DNA from: Azolla caroliniana
Taxonomy: Eukaryota > Plantae > Polypodiophyta
DNA length: 64,000 bases
Reading direction: 5' to 3'
Assembly: GCA_043228905.1 (NCBI GenBank)
Contig: JBHGNT010000001.1
Span: 4,960,001-5,024,000 of the forward strand
Position numbers and translations under genes: made by a program. Positions 1 to 11,916 of this stretch are shown here, one piece after another. Below the pieces are notes generated by a model. That model searched no databases. It had not been told where the DNA came from and was given only the letters and a program-made list of their open reading frames with translations. Positions within the stretch are counted from its first letter, which is position 1. The number at the start of each line of letters is the position of its first letter.

Positions 1-429
1 CAAAACAAATCGAACATGTTGAACATGATCTTGCAAGGTACGGCTATATATCAAAATATCATCCAAGAAGACGACAACAAAATCACCGAGTTGATCTCGG
101 AAAACATCATTCATCGCTTGTTGGAATGTGGCTGGAGCATTAGTCAACCCAAACGGCATGACTAAAAACTCATAATGGCCATAGCGCGTACGAAAAGCGG
201 TTTTAGGAATATCATCCTCGGCGATGCGAATATGATGATAACCAGTTCGTAAGTCAATTTTCGTAAAATATCGAGCCCCGTGCAAACGATCAATCAAATC
301 ATCGGCACGAGGTAATGGATATGCATTCTTAATTGTCATTTTATTCAAACGGCGATAATTGATACACATTCGCCACGAACCTTCCTTCTTCTTGACTAAT
401 AGAACTGGCGCACCCCAAGGTGATTTACT
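1..429 (-). mobile_element. Ty3/gypsy reverse transcriptase fragment (chromovirus-like), runs off the window edge
   Basis: Manual minus-strand translation [30 protein letters not shown]...[28 protein letters not shown]...[12 protein letters not shown]. Confidence 0.9.
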
Positions 430-936
430 ATACCACTGTTAAGAGTCTATTACTAATCAATAGACCAAATCAAGTAAAAAGGAAGAAAATAGATTGGATA
501 GAAGAACCCGTTCCACCCGACCACCCCCGAGCTATGATCTAGACATAGCCAACCTACCACCGACGTCCCATACCGCCGGATATTAGGATGACTAATACCT
601 TGGAAGAGATAAACACGATCGTCGAGACGAAAGCCTAGCCCGCACCACCGGTGTCTACGACAGCAGCCTTCCGACGTGATGGTCTCTATGAGGGTAGCTA
701 AGCCTCATATTTATACCTTTTCCTAGGCCCCTTGAATAGATGTGCCTTTCTAAAAGGCTCTCTATTCATTGGTTGTCTAAATCATGATAGTGCATGCACA
801 TATCATTCATTCTATCCAATCATTAGTCCCCTTTTTAATAATAGTGAACATACCCTTCACTAATGTAAATATTAGTGACCTACCCTCACCAACGTTATGT
901 GTACATAACACCACCTCTCTAACCATGTGCACATCT

Positions 937-3900
937 TGTTAGATATAATCAATGATCAGCCCCAAGTTGTAAATCTATCCCCATATGTGCTCTTAGAGTG
1001 CACATTTTGTGATAGCGCCCCAAATGAGGAGCGGCTAGTGTGCAACTCGACCATATGGGTCGATAAGGTGTTAATCTAGGAAACCGTAGATGCGTAGGAC
1101 ACAATATATTTAGGAAAGAGAGAAATAGATAAAAGGATTGGCTAATCAAGTCAGCTAGAATATTTTGTGGGCAAGTTACGATGTACTTAGTCTTGAAGTA
1201 TGCGTCATTGACTTCAAGATAAGTATTATCTAGCACTAGCTTGTACCTAGGGAGTTGGGTCATATTAAATGACAAGTCAGTTGACAGAAAAGGAATATCT
1301 CCACTACTATCAACTGACTTGCACATTTATACTAAGACCAAACATAGATTATAAGTCACTTTTCTCACACAGTGGAGAGATTGATCACCAGTCCCCACTA
1401 ATTTTGTAGTGAGCCGGTCCATATCCTATCTAAGCTCTAAGGTGTGAGCGCATGGGAAAACTACCATTTTGAACTACTCTCATATGTAATAGAAATTCTG
1501 TTTTCATATATCCATCTCTGCAGTTGTAACTCTATATACCTATCTACTCGATTCTCAATATTTCTAATATGGTATCAGAGCGAAGAGGTTGATCTAGATT
1601 AGGTATATACGGGTAGTTGCTGTCTAGCAACAAAGAGAAATAGAGAGAGAGAGAGAGAGACAGAGTATCAATGGCCTTGTCCACGAATGTTGCAGCTGCT
1701 CCATTGCGCATTCGCCCACCTCCATTGTCTGATGGAAAGCTAGATGGAACCAACTACACTCTATGGAAGTTCAAAATGTCTGCCATTTTGGATTCCTACG
1801 AGTTGTTGGAAACAATCATGGGACCCACAGGGGGAGACCCTGAGCCCATGGCAACCTTTGACCCTGCACACCCTACCACATCAATTCCTCCAAATGCTGA
1901 TCTACTTCGAGCCTGGAAGAGAAGGAATGCTGATGCGCTATGTACCATAGTCACTGGTGTATGTGACTCTGTACTAACACTAGTGCAACATACAACTAGG
2001 GCACATGAAGCTTGGAGCATATTGGCCAGCCAGTATGAGACCAGAAACTATACAAGGATACAAAACCTCGAAAATCAGCTTGCTGCAGAGAAGCTCGCTG
2101 ATGGAGAGAAAGTAGAATCCTTTGTAAAAAGGATTAAGGATCTTCAAGATCAGCTGGCGGCTGTTGGAGTAGTCGTCTCTCAAGAGGATATGGCTCGTCG
2201 GTGCATTCGAGTACTTCCTTTCAAGTATGATGGCATTGTGACAGCATTGAACACTCAGGTTCGATCCACTCCTTTAAAATTTGATGAACTAAGTGCAATG
2301 CTGCTTGAAGAGGAGCTTCGGCTGAAGACAAGAGAAGAAAGGGAAGATTCAGCATTTGTCTTTAGGACTAAGGGTGAAGGGGCATCCAATTCAAACAATG
2401 CGAATAGGATACCGAAGAAGAAGAAGTTCAATGGATCGTGTTTCTACTGTGACAAGAAGGGTCACACAATCAAGGATTGTCGAAAGAAGATGGCGGATGA
2501 GAAGAATGGTTCTAATAAGACTTCTTGGAGAGAGCCCGAGTCCGCTAACAATGTCGTAGATGAACTAGAGTTATGGGTCGCAACTGAAGAAGTGTGTTCT
2601 TCAGTTGACACTCAAGTTGTTGATGAGTCTTGGATTCTCGATAGTGGAGCATCCCGACATATGACCAGTAATCGTGACTGGTACAGTTCTTGGACACCTC
2701 TACAAGAGCCCATCAATGTTGTGGTCGGAAACAATGCTCGATGTCCGGCCAAAGGAACCGGAACCGTCTCCCTCAAAGCAACGACCGGTGGGACAAAGCA
2801 TCTCTCTCAAGTGTTGTACGTGCCAGATCTGAAGAAGAATCTACTGTCCATTTCTGCACTGACTGACAAGGGTCTTGATGTTCGATTCAAGAAGTCGGGT
2901 GCAGAAATAACAGATTCTGCTGGCAAGGTTGTAGGAATAGGGGTGAGGCGCAACAATCTCTATGAGCTGAGCGCGTTTACCATTTCTACTGACCACAGCA
3001 CAAGTACCAACACAAAGCAATGGCATGAGAGATTTGGGCATCTCAACGTTGCTGTGTTGAAGGAGATGAAGAAGTCGAATATGGTAGTTGGGTTGCCAAC
3101 CCTATCTGACTTAAGTCATGTTTGTGATGCTTGTATGATGGGCAAGCATCAAAGATCAGCCATTCCAAAAGAGAGTCAAAATCGGGCAAAGACTCCTCTA
3201 CAACTAATACACATTGACCTCTCTGGAAAAATGGTGACTCCTGCAATGGGTGGATCTCTCTACTATATGCTAATAGTCGACGACTTCAGCAGAAAGATGT
3301 GGGTTTACTTCCTTCGGGAGAAGGCTGAAGCTTTTAAAATCTTCAAAAGATGGCATAAGTTTGTCGAGCGAGAGTCTGGAAAGTTAGTGAAGGAGCTACG
3401 CTCTGATCGAGGTGGAGAATTCTTATCAATAGAATTCTGTGAGTATTGCAAAGAGCATGGAATTAAGCGCCAACTTACAACTGCCTACACCCCACAACAA
3501 AATGGCGTTGTCGAACGTCGAAATCGAACAGTTGTCGAGATGGCTAGGTGTATGTTGAAGGCACAAGCGCTGCCCGACCCATTCTGGGCTGAAGCAGTGA
3601 ACACAACAGTTTACATCCTCAATCGGAGCTACACGAAGGCACTTCAAGGGAAAACACCCCAAGAAGCTTATTCAGGCAAGAAACCTTCAGTGCTGCACTT
3701 CAGAACCTTTGGGTGTATGTGCTACGCACATATTCCAGATGTGAGCAGAAAGAAGTTGGATGCTAAAAGCAAAAAGTGTATCTTTCTCGGATATAGTGAA
3801 GAGTCAAAGGCCTATCGACTCTACGATCCAGAGGCAAGAAAGATATTGACAAGCCGCGATGTGGTGTTCGATGAGGAACAACCACAACTAGCTGAGAACA

Positions 3901-6392
3901 ACGATTCTCAAGTTATCTCATCAACTGAAGAAGTATTTTACCCAATCCCGACCCATTATCCAAAAAAGGAAGCTGAACCATCTGATGGTAATGGTTCACT
4001 AGTTCAGCCTATGCCAGTCCCACATGTAAAGAAAATACCTAAGTGGGCTCAACAACTCTTCAATGATCATACTCCTAAAGTTGAGTTTCCTGAAACTTCA
4101 ACTGATGGATTACGAAGATCAAGAAGAATACAGGAGCAAGGAAGAACCTCTGACCACATTGTCAACATGGCTCTGATGGTGGACATCATAGGCTCAGTGA
4201 GTGAGCCGACCTCGGTGGAGGAAGCTATGGCCGACCCGAAGTGGAAAGAGGCGATGATATCAGAATATGATAGCATCATGAAAAATGACACATGGGAGTT
4301 GGTAGAGAGGCCAACAAAGAAGAAGGTGATAGGCACGAAGTGGGTATGGAAAGTAAAGTATAAAGCTGATGGCTCTTTGGAGAAATTCAAGGCCAGGCTA
4401 GTAGCGCAAGGATACTCCCAAATTGAAGGGTTCGATGTACAAGAAACATTTGCCCCGACAGCTCGCATGACAACAATTCGAATGGTCATAGCGTTGGCTG
4501 CTTCAAGAGGATGGCCGATTTATCAAATGGATGTCAAATCAACATTTCTGAATGGGCATCTCAAGGAGGAGGTATATGTGACACAACCACCGGGGTTTGA
4601 GATACCGAATTCAGAAAACAAAGTTTGCAAGCTGAAGAAGGCACTATATGGTCTAAAGCAAGCACCAAGAGCTTGGAACAAGAGGATAGACAGCTTCTTA
4701 CGATCAATCGACTTTAAGCAATGTGCTTCGGATGCAAGTATGTATGTCAAAATGAAGGACGGGAAACAAGTCATCATTATCATTTACGTGGATGATCTAG
4801 TACTTACTGGTGACCATGAAGAGTGCATTGGCCAAACACAAGACTGTTTGAAAACTGAGTTTGAAATGACAGACTTGGGGATTCTACACTACTTCCTTGG
4901 AATTGAGGTTTGGCAAACCTCGGTCGGCATCTTCATGTCACAAAGAAAGTATGCAACAGAGATCTTGAAGACCTTCGGGATGATGGACAGCAAGTCGAAG
5001 TCGACTCCAATGGAGTCAAACTGCAAGCTATCCCAAGAAGACTCATCACCAATGGTTGACATAAGGAAGTATAGACAACTAGTAGGAAGTCTAATTTTCC
5101 TATGCAACACTAGGCCGGATATTTGTTTTGCAGTCAATGTGGTGAGTCGATTCAGCAACAAGCCGAAGGAGACTCATTGGAAAGCTGCTCTACGTGTATT
5201 AAAGTACATTGTGGGTACTTTAAATTATGGAATCTTCTACAAGCCAACAATTGACCAACTTAGTGGATATTGCGACTCCGATTGGGCTGGAGATAGTGAT
5301 TCCAGAAAATCAGTTTCTGGATATTGTTTTTCAATAGGATCTGGAGCTGTTTCATGGAGTAGTAAAAAACAACCAACAGTGGCACTATCTTCAACGGAGG
5401 CAGAATACAAAGCAGCATGCATAGCTGCATGCGAGGTAGTTTGGCTAAGAAGAATCCTTATGGATGTGGCAGTCCCAATAAGGACGGCAACGGTATTGAG
5501 GTGTGACAATCAGAGTTGCATGGCCATTGCCAAGAACCCCGTATTTCATGCACGTACTAAACACATAGAGATTCAGTATCACTATGTGCGGGAGCTAATA
5601 AATGATGAGATTGTGGAGCTTGAGTACTGTCCAACATCAGAAAATGCTGCAGATATCTTCACAAAGGCGCTTGGAGCAGAACAGTTGCAACAACACCTTC
5701 GACGACTAGGTGTTGGCCCAATTCCAAGTGAACTCAATGGGTTGATCATTGAGGGGGCGTGTTAGATATAATCAATGATCAGCCCCAAGTTGTAAATCTA
5801 TCCCCATATGTGCTCTTAGAGTGCACATTTTGTGATAGCGCCCCAAATGAGGAGCGGCTAGTGTGCAACTCGACCATATGGGTCGATAAGGTGTTAATCT
5901 AGGAAACCGTAGATGCGTAGGACACAATATATTTAGGAAAGAGAGAAATAGATAAAAGGATTGGCTAATCAAGTCAGCTAGAATATTTTGTGGGCAAGTT
6001 ACGATGTACTTAGTCTTGAAGTATGCGTCATTGACTTCAAGATAAGTATTATCTAGCACTAGCCTGTACCTAGGGAGTTGGGTCATATTAAATGACAAGT
6101 CAGTTGACAGAAAAGGAATATCTCCACTACTGTCAACTGACTTGCACATTTATACTAAGACCAAACATAGATTATAAGTCACTTTTCTCACACAGTGGAG
6201 AGATTGATCACCAGTCCCCACTAATTTTGTAGTGAGCCGGTCCATATCCTATCTAAGCTCTAAGGTGTGAGCGCATGGGAAAACTACCATTTTGAACTAC
6301 TCTCATATGTAATAGAAATTCTGTTTTCATATATCCATCTCTGCAGTTGTAACTCTATATACCTATCTACTCGATTCTCAATATTTCTAATA
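937..6392 (+). mobile_element. Full-length young Ty1/copia LTR retrotransposon (copia A)
   Basis: 633-bp LTRs 937-1569 and 5760-6392 with 2 differences seen; TSD CATCT (932-936, 6393-6397); PBS TGGTATCAGAGC 1570-1581; PPT TTGAGGGGGCG before 5760. Confidence 0.97.
1671..5765 (+). CDS. Intact copia gag-pol polyprotein, 1364 aa
   Basis: Zinc knuckle [14 protein letters not shown], protease WILDSGAS, integrase WHERFGH..CDAC and [15 protein letters not shown], RNase H DSDWAG/ARTKHI in copia order. Confidence 0.97.
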   Translation: MALSTNVAAAPLRIRPPPLSDGKLDGTNYTLWKFKMSAILDSYELLETIMGPTGGDPEPMATFDPAHPTTSIPPNADLLRAWKRRNADALCTIVTGVCDSVLTLVQHTTRAHEAWSILASQYETRNYTRIQNLENQLAAEKLADGEKVESFVKRIKDLQDQLAAVGVVVSQEDMARRCIRVLPFKYDGIVTALNTQVRSTPLKFDELSAMLLEEELRLKTREEREDSAFVFRTKGEGASNSNNANRIPKKKKFNGSCFYCDKKGHTIKDCRKKMADEKNGSNKTSWREPESANNVVDELELWVATEEVCSSVDTQVVDESWILDSGASRHMTSNRDWYSSWTPLQEPINVVVGNNARCPAKGTGTVSLKATTGGTKHLSQVLYVPDLKKNLLSISALTDKGLDVRFKKSGAEITDSAGKVVGIGVRRNNLYELSAFTISTDHSTSTNTKQWHERFGHLNVAVLKEMKKSNMVVGLPTLSDLSHVCDACMMGKHQRSAIPKESQNRAKTPLQLIHIDLSGKMVTPAMGGSLYYMLIVDDFSRKMWVYFLREKAEAFKIFKRWHKFVERESGKLVKELRSDRGGEFLSIEFCEYCKEHGIKRQLTTAYTPQQNGVVERRNRTVVEMARCMLKAQALPDPFWAEAVNTTVYILNRSYTKALQGKTPQEAYSGKKPSVLHFRTFGCMCYAHIPDVSRKKLDAKSKKCIFLGYSEESKAYRLYDPEARKILTSRDVVFDEEQPQLAENNDSQVISSTEEVFYPIPTHYPKKEAEPSDGNGSLVQPMPVPHVKKIPKWAQQLFNDHTPKVEFPETSTDGLRRSRRIQEQGRTSDHIVNMALMVDIIGSVSEPTSVEEAMADPKWKEAMISEYDSIMKNDTWELVERPTKKKVIGTKWVWKVKYKADGSLEKFKARLVAQGYSQIEGFDVQETFAPTARMTTIRMVIALAASRGWPIYQMDVKSTFLNGHLKEEVYVTQPPGFEIPNSENKVCKLKKALYGLKQAPRAWNKRIDSFLRSIDFKQCASDASMYVKMKDGKQVIIIIYVDDLVLTGDHEECIGQTQDCLKTEFEMTDLGILHYFLGIEVWQTSVGIFMSQRKYATEILKTFGMMDSKSKSTPMESNCKLSQEDSSPMVDIRKYRQLVGSLIFLCNTRPDICFAVNVVSRFSNKPKETHWKAALRVLKYIVGTLNYGIFYKPTIDQLSGYCDSDWAGDSDSRKSVSGYCFSIGSGAVSWSSKKQPTVALSSTEAEYKAACIAACEVVWLRRILMDVAVPIRTATVLRCDNQSCMAIAKNPVFHARTKHIEIQYHYVRELINDEIVELEYCPTSENAADIFTKALGAEQLQQHLRRLGVGPIPSELNGLIIEGAC

Positions 6393-7084
6393 CATCTAAC
6401 ATTATACATATACAACCTACTATTCCTTCTCTATCATGAATTTATCAACGTGTTCTTTGTCACCCACCTCATCTCTCTCCCTCACCCACCTTTTTTCTCT
6501 CTACCTTTCTCTTCCTCCATCTTTTCTCATTGTTTTGTGTTCCTTGCTAGTAAACATACAAAAGTCAATGTATATGTCCTCGAGGTCCACTACGGCACTT
6601 TTGTGGCTGTAGAATGTGTGGTGAACTCATCGAACCATGGATAATCCTTGTTGAACCAGCAATTGTCAATTAAGGCCTCTATAACAATGGCTTGAGGAAG
6701 ATTGTTGTAATTTGCGCATTCCACATAAGCCAATCATGCTATAATCGCGAATACCTTAGATATTAAAAGGTTAGCTCAAAAGGTGGAGACAACATACTTG
6801 ATTGCACATTACCAAACACCCATTGAAGCGGGGATTCGGGCATGCCACTAATAGAATAGAACCCTACACTTGTAGATATAAACTTCTGGGTATCCCTCAC
6901 CACCGGACAACTGATAAATCCATGTTAACTATGCTAGTATGAATCTGTGTAAAACAAAACAAATACATACACATTCCAGGAGCCATACTTTGTTTGTCTT
7001 TGATGATACGGTACATATACACCACCAAGCCAACAGCCTTGGTGTTCCTGTCCTTCTTCTTGTTAGAATGTTGCTGCTCTTAGA

Positions 7085-9283
7085 ATGTGCTCCCCTATTC
7101 TTTCCTGGAATAGCAGCACAAATAGAGATGTGTATGAGCAGCAGAAGAAGAAAGGCTTGCCATACGTTGAGCTGCTCAAAGCTTGTGCAAAGAAGAAAGA
7201 TGTGTACAAAGGCATTCAGCTACATGCTGGCATTCTGAGAAGAGGATTGCTTCAAAATAACCCCTATGTAGCCAGTGCTTTAATCAATATGTATGCCAAA
7301 TGCGGTGAACTTGGACAAGCCCAGAAAGTGCTTGACGAGCTTCATGTTAGAGAAGTGGTCGCATGGACCTCACTCATTGAAGGGTATGCCCAACATCGGC
7401 AGGGCCATGAAGCTCTAGAATGTTTTGAAAAGATGCGGAGAGAAGGTCTCTCTCCTAATGAGGTCACCTTCATTTGCATCTTGAAGGCATGTGCTACCCT
7501 CAGAGCTATTGACAAGGGCAAACAAATTCATGAGGAGATTGCTCATAGAGGTTTTTTAAAGGGAAATGTTGTGCTCGGTACTGCTTTGGTGGATATGTAT
7601 GTCAAATGTGGTATGCTTGCAGAAGCACAGCAAGTACTTGAAGAGCTTCTTGTCCGAGATGTAGTCTCATGGTCTTCACTCATTGCAGGGTATGTCCAAC
7701 AAGGTCAAGGTTTTAAAGCGTTGGACTGCTATGAAAGGATGGAAAAGGAGGGTGTTTCTCCAAATGAAATCACCTTCACATGTGTGCTGAAAGCATGTGG
7801 CATCACAAGAGATATAGACAAAGGAAAACAAATTCACTGTGAAATTGTCAATAGGAAGTTATTAGAGAAAAATATTGTGCTCGGAAATGCACTGGTAGAT
7901 ATGTACGCAAAATGCGGTGCTCTTTTGGAAGCACAAAAAGTGCTCAAAGAGCTTCCCATTAGAAACAGAGTCTCATGGTGTGCACTAATATCTGGGTTTG
8001 TACAAGAGGGCCAAGGCCATGAGGCTCTCATTTGTTATGAAAAGATGCAAGAAGAGGGCATCAATCCAGATGTAGTTAACGTCTCTTGCGTTTTGAAGGC
8101 TTGTGGCCACATAGGAGCTATAGACAAGGGCAAGCAAATTCATGAGGAGATTGTGAACAGGGGCATGTTGAAAGAAAATGTTGTAATTGGAAATGCTTTG
8201 GTTGATATGTATGCCAAATGTGGTATGTTTGAACAAGCACTACGAGTGCTTGATGAGCTTCCGGTTCGAAATGTGGTGGCTTGGACTGCTCTAATTGCTG
8301 GATATGCTCAACATGAAAAAGGTTGTGAGGCTTTAGATTGTTTTGCACTGATGCGAAGAGAGGGATTGTCTCCGAATGAAATCACATTGTCCTGCATCTT
8401 GAAGGCCTGTGGGCATACAGGAACGTTCAATAAGGGAGAGCAAATCCTTCATGAAGATATAACCAATGGATACTTAATGAACAAAAATATTATTCTTGGC
8501 ACTGCATTGGTAGGTATGTATATCAAATGTGGTAGGCTTGCTGAAGCAGAGGAAATACATAAAGAGCTTCATTTTCGAGACCCAATCTCTTGGTCTACTC
8601 TAATTTCTGGGTGTGCCCAACAAGGACAAGGTTATAAAGCGTTGGAGTGTTTTGAAAGGATGAAAAAGGAGGGCTTTTATCCGGATGTGGTCACTTTCAC
8701 TTGCATTTTGAAGGCCTGTACCAGTGTCGGGGCTATAGATAATGGAAAAAAAATTCATGAGGATATACTTAGTGGGGGTTTTCTGGATAAGAGCATCATG
8801 CTTGGCAATGCTCTGGTGGATATGTATGCCAAGTGTGGTTTGATCACAAAAGCAGCACAAGTGCTTGAAAATCTTCCGTTTCGAAATGTGGTCTCTTGGA
8901 ATGCATTTATTGGAGGTTATGTACAAGAGGGACATAAAACCTTGAATTGTTTTACTCGGATGCAAATGGAGGGTGTTTTGCCAGACGAGATAACATTCTT
9001 GTGCATGCTGAATGCATGTAGGCACTCACACAAATTAGATGAGGCCCAAAAGCATTATGAGGATATGAGGAGAATAACGAGGATGAAACCCATGCTTGAG
9101 CACCATACATGCATGGTGGGGGTTTTGGGATGCTCTGATGAGGCAATGGCGATGATCAAATCAATGCCAGTGTCTTTCAATGAATATCCTTCATGTTGGC
9201 TCACGTTTTTGAGTGCTTGCAAAAGATGGGGTAATTTGAGGCTTGCCTTATTGGCTTTTGATGAAATGATGCATAGGGATTGA
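7085..9283 (+). CDS. PLS-class pentatricopeptide repeat protein with truncated E domain, no DYW (732 aa)
   Basis: Six ~102-aa P-L-S triplets (ALVDMYAKCG / VVSWxALIxGY / FxCILKAC); ends WLTFLSACKRWGNL; single ORF. Confidence 0.92.
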   Translation: MCSPILSWNSSTNRDVYEQQKKKGLPYVELLKACAKKKDVYKGIQLHAGILRRGLLQNNPYVASALINMYAKCGELGQAQKVLDELHVREVVAWTSLIEGYAQHRQGHEALECFEKMRREGLSPNEVTFICILKACATLRAIDKGKQIHEEIAHRGFLKGNVVLGTALVDMYVKCGMLAEAQQVLEELLVRDVVSWSSLIAGYVQQGQGFKALDCYERMEKEGVSPNEITFTCVLKACGITRDIDKGKQIHCEIVNRKLLEKNIVLGNALVDMYAKCGALLEAQKVLKELPIRNRVSWCALISGFVQEGQGHEALICYEKMQEEGINPDVVNVSCVLKACGHIGAIDKGKQIHEEIVNRGMLKENVVIGNALVDMYAKCGMFEQALRVLDELPVRNVVAWTALIAGYAQHEKGCEALDCFALMRREGLSPNEITLSCILKACGHTGTFNKGEQILHEDITNGYLMNKNIILGTALVGMYIKCGRLAEAEEIHKELHFRDPISWSTLISGCAQQGQGYKALECFERMKKEGFYPDVVTFTCILKACTSVGAIDNGKKIHEDILSGGFLDKSIMLGNALVDMYAKCGLITKAAQVLENLPFRNVVSWNAFIGGYVQEGHKTLNCFTRMQMEGVLPDEITFLCMLNACRHSHKLDEAQKHYEDMRRITRMKPMLEHHTCMVGVLGCSDEAMAMIKSMPVSFNEYPSCWLTFLSACKRWGNLRLALLAFDEMMHRD

Positions 9284-10599
9284 GAAAACCGAACATTGAT
9301 CCGTTTTTAGTTTGGGATGCACAAATGAATAACACTGTCAAAAAGAAAATCTCAAGCATAGAACACAACATATATGTAAATAAATGTATATAAATGTATA
9401 TAAATGACCCACAACCAACCAAACATGAGTATTTTTTTACAATGGCATGATGGTGAACTACTTCACATTTGTTGATCTGGAGCATTGCTTTATATGGCTC
9501 AGAAAGTCTACGGTACATAGTGTAGTGCCAACACCAAGTCTTTTAACGGGAGCTTGGTAAGATAAAAGGCTTTTGAATGATTAACATTCAAGACATTAGA
9601 TCTTACTAAGCATAAGCAAATCCAAATTCATGTCAAACATCAACTTCATTAGAAATTTTGTAGCTCCTATTTTCCTCTAATTTGTGCTGACATTTTGGCT
9701 CGATGCATCAAATAGGAAATGAGAGAGTTATGATAGAAATATCAATGGGGGTTTGTCGTGTGATGATTACAATCCACTTGTGTTGAATCTCTCCTTGATT
9801 TCTCCATTAAGTTGTAGCCTATTGAATCCACTTCACATACTGGGGAATTTGGTGGAGTTGATTTGGCTTCAAATGCACTGCAAATCCAAGCATACTGTGG
9901 GATGTGGTGGAGACCAAATGCAATGATGATGATGGGGAGGAAGGGATATTTTTTGGATAATGTATTTCATGTGACCAAACCATATCTGCACCTATTATTT
10001 GAGTATGGTATAGTCACTCTTTTCTTGTAAGACAGGAGTGAGTGATCAGATGGTGGAGGTGGTTTATTGTCAATGTCATTTCTTGTATTCTTGTTATTAC
10101 TTTTATTGTCTCCATTGGAAGTCTCGACCTGGGTCATTGACTAGCCACGCAAAATGGTTTGATGTTGTAGTGCTAGATTTGTTTTGTCATGCTGCTTTCG
10201 ATATGGGGCCGATAATCATCACTCAAAGCATTTGGATGGAGTCATTGGCCCTCCTAGTTTTATGTTTGTGGCCACCATTTTAGGGCTCCCCTGAAATTTC
10301 TAACAATCATAAGTTATTACATAATCTCCCATTCCCCTATCCGATATCGTTGGGACTGTCACTTGGTTCACTGTTACGATGAGATTGAAAATAGCAACAG
10401 CCAACATGTAGTTTGCTTCGAACTCTCCTGATCACATCATGCCAAGGTTCGGAGTTTAACCTCAAAACCTCTTCAACTGTAAGATTGATGTGGTTGGCTT
10501 AATTATGATTGAGAAATTGTTTTCATGATCTGAGAGTTTGACTATCCTATATACTTCCCTAACAATAACTGTACCTTTTCAGATTTGCTACCGGCCATA

Positions 10600-10910
10600 T
10601 GATGCTTAGAAGGAATGGCAGCAACCTCATTAACATTATCCTTGTGCTTCAATCACCTCCTCACCCACATCACACATTATATCAACAATTGCCATTGCCA
10701 ACCCTTCACGATGACACCTTCGTACCTTCTATTCAAATTCAAAAGAGATTCCATGCTACCCAATTCTACAAAGACCTCAGTGGTCTATTTTCAACTCATT
10801 CAGGTATCACCCAATGTCCTTAATTCAATGGTGTGAGGCGCATGGCTCGCCGATTGACAAACCCTAAACCTCGATCCCTTAGCAATTTGATTTGATATAC
10901 CTCACCTCCT
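10600..10910 (+). repeat. Old dispersed repeat, inverted paralog of the sequence flanking the 32395-60916 nest
   Basis: CATTGCCAACCCTTCA and CCTCGAT..GCAATTTGATT..TGATATACCTCACC match the reverse complement of 32300-32390; TGCTTAG..TGGCA..AACATTAT..TGCTTCAA matches the reverse complement of 60917-60986. Confidence 0.65.
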
Positions 10911-11476
10911 CACTTCCAAGGGGAAAAACCTATATTTTTGTCTTTTGAACTTCAAGAAAGTCATGCACCATAATAAGGAATGAGATTTGGAAAAGAATGA
11001 TAGAGATCGAAATGTCATTAGAGTATATCCTCATATCCTATCCTCTCATGCTAATGAAATAGGTGCTCGATCCATAGAGGTACTAGCGTAGCAAATGGTG
11101 TGCAACCATATCACAGAAGTCAAGAATATGCCTAATTATACATTACCCAAACAATCTTTGAACATAGGATGCAAGGTATGAAAAGCTAATAAGAGGTGAA
11201 TCCTCTCATCTAACTAGGTGCTTGACATTATGAAATGGTTTAAGAGATGAGGAATAAAAAGATCTAATGTAGCTCTCATGTGATGCTATGATATGATCAT
11301 TCAAGATATATCAGTCAAGGTACTAAGGATGAAGTGGCAAGATGCTAAAATGCTAGAGTTGGATTATTACATTGCCAATGTCACTATTTCCCCAATACAA
11401 GGAAAAAATGTGAATATTGGAATATTTTTCCAATACAAAGAAAAAATGCCAAAACTTATCCAATCATATTGACTAC

Positions 11477-11860
11477 CAAATATGGCATGCTTGCAAGATA
11501 GCACAAGAAGCGCTTCAAGAGCTTCTAATTGTTGGGTATATACAACAGACCAAAGGCCATGATGCTCTTAATTGCTTCTCACAGATGTAAAGGGAGGGTC
11601 TCTTACCTAATGAAGTCACATTCACTTGCATCCTCAAGGCATGTAGAAGTGTTGGAGATATCGAGAAAGCAAAAGAATTCCATGATGAGATAGTGAACAA
11701 GGGCCTTTTGGAAAGAAATGTTAGGTTGGCAATGCGTTGGTAGACATGTATGCCAAATCGGGTGTTCTTGCATTGGCACACCAAGTGCTTGAGAACCTTC
11801 CTATCCAAAATGTGATCACTTGGAATGCATTAATTTCAGGGCATGTCCAACATGACCAAG
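11477..11860 (+). pseudogene. PPR pseudogene fragment, inverted partial copy of the 13815-17057 gene
   Basis: VDMYAKSGVLALAHQVLENLPIQNVITWNALISGHVQHDQ nearly identical to a motif of the 1080-aa PPR (about 16165-16575); stop and frameshifts. Confidence 0.88.
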
Positions 11861-11863
11861 CAG

Positions 11864-11916
11864 CGCTCTGGCCCGAGGACCCCGCCTGCCTGAAGTGGGT
11901 GAATGGACAAGAGGCC
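11864..11916 (+). pseudogene. UDP-glycosyltransferase exon fragment fused to the PPR pseudogene
   Basis: CTCTGGCCCGAGGACCCCGCCTGCCTGAAGTGGGTGAAT vs CTCTGGCCAGAGGACCACGCCTGCCTGAAGTGGCTGAAT at 63731; LWPEDPACLKWVNGQ vs LWPEDHACLKWLNRQ. Confidence 0.85.

Larger units (their letters stand above)
437..6868 (-). mobile_element. Probable 5' LTR of the gypsy element at the left edge, split by the copia insertion at 937-6392
   Basis: Minus strand reads ...TTAACA-G-TGGTAT (LTR end plus partial Met-i PBS, 430-435); candidate far terminus TGTAGGGT at 6868; far boundary tentative. Confidence 0.4.

Noticed and set aside
949-1326. 125-aa antisense ORF duplicated at 5772-6149
   Set aside because: Lies within near-identical LTRs; duplication explains the conservation
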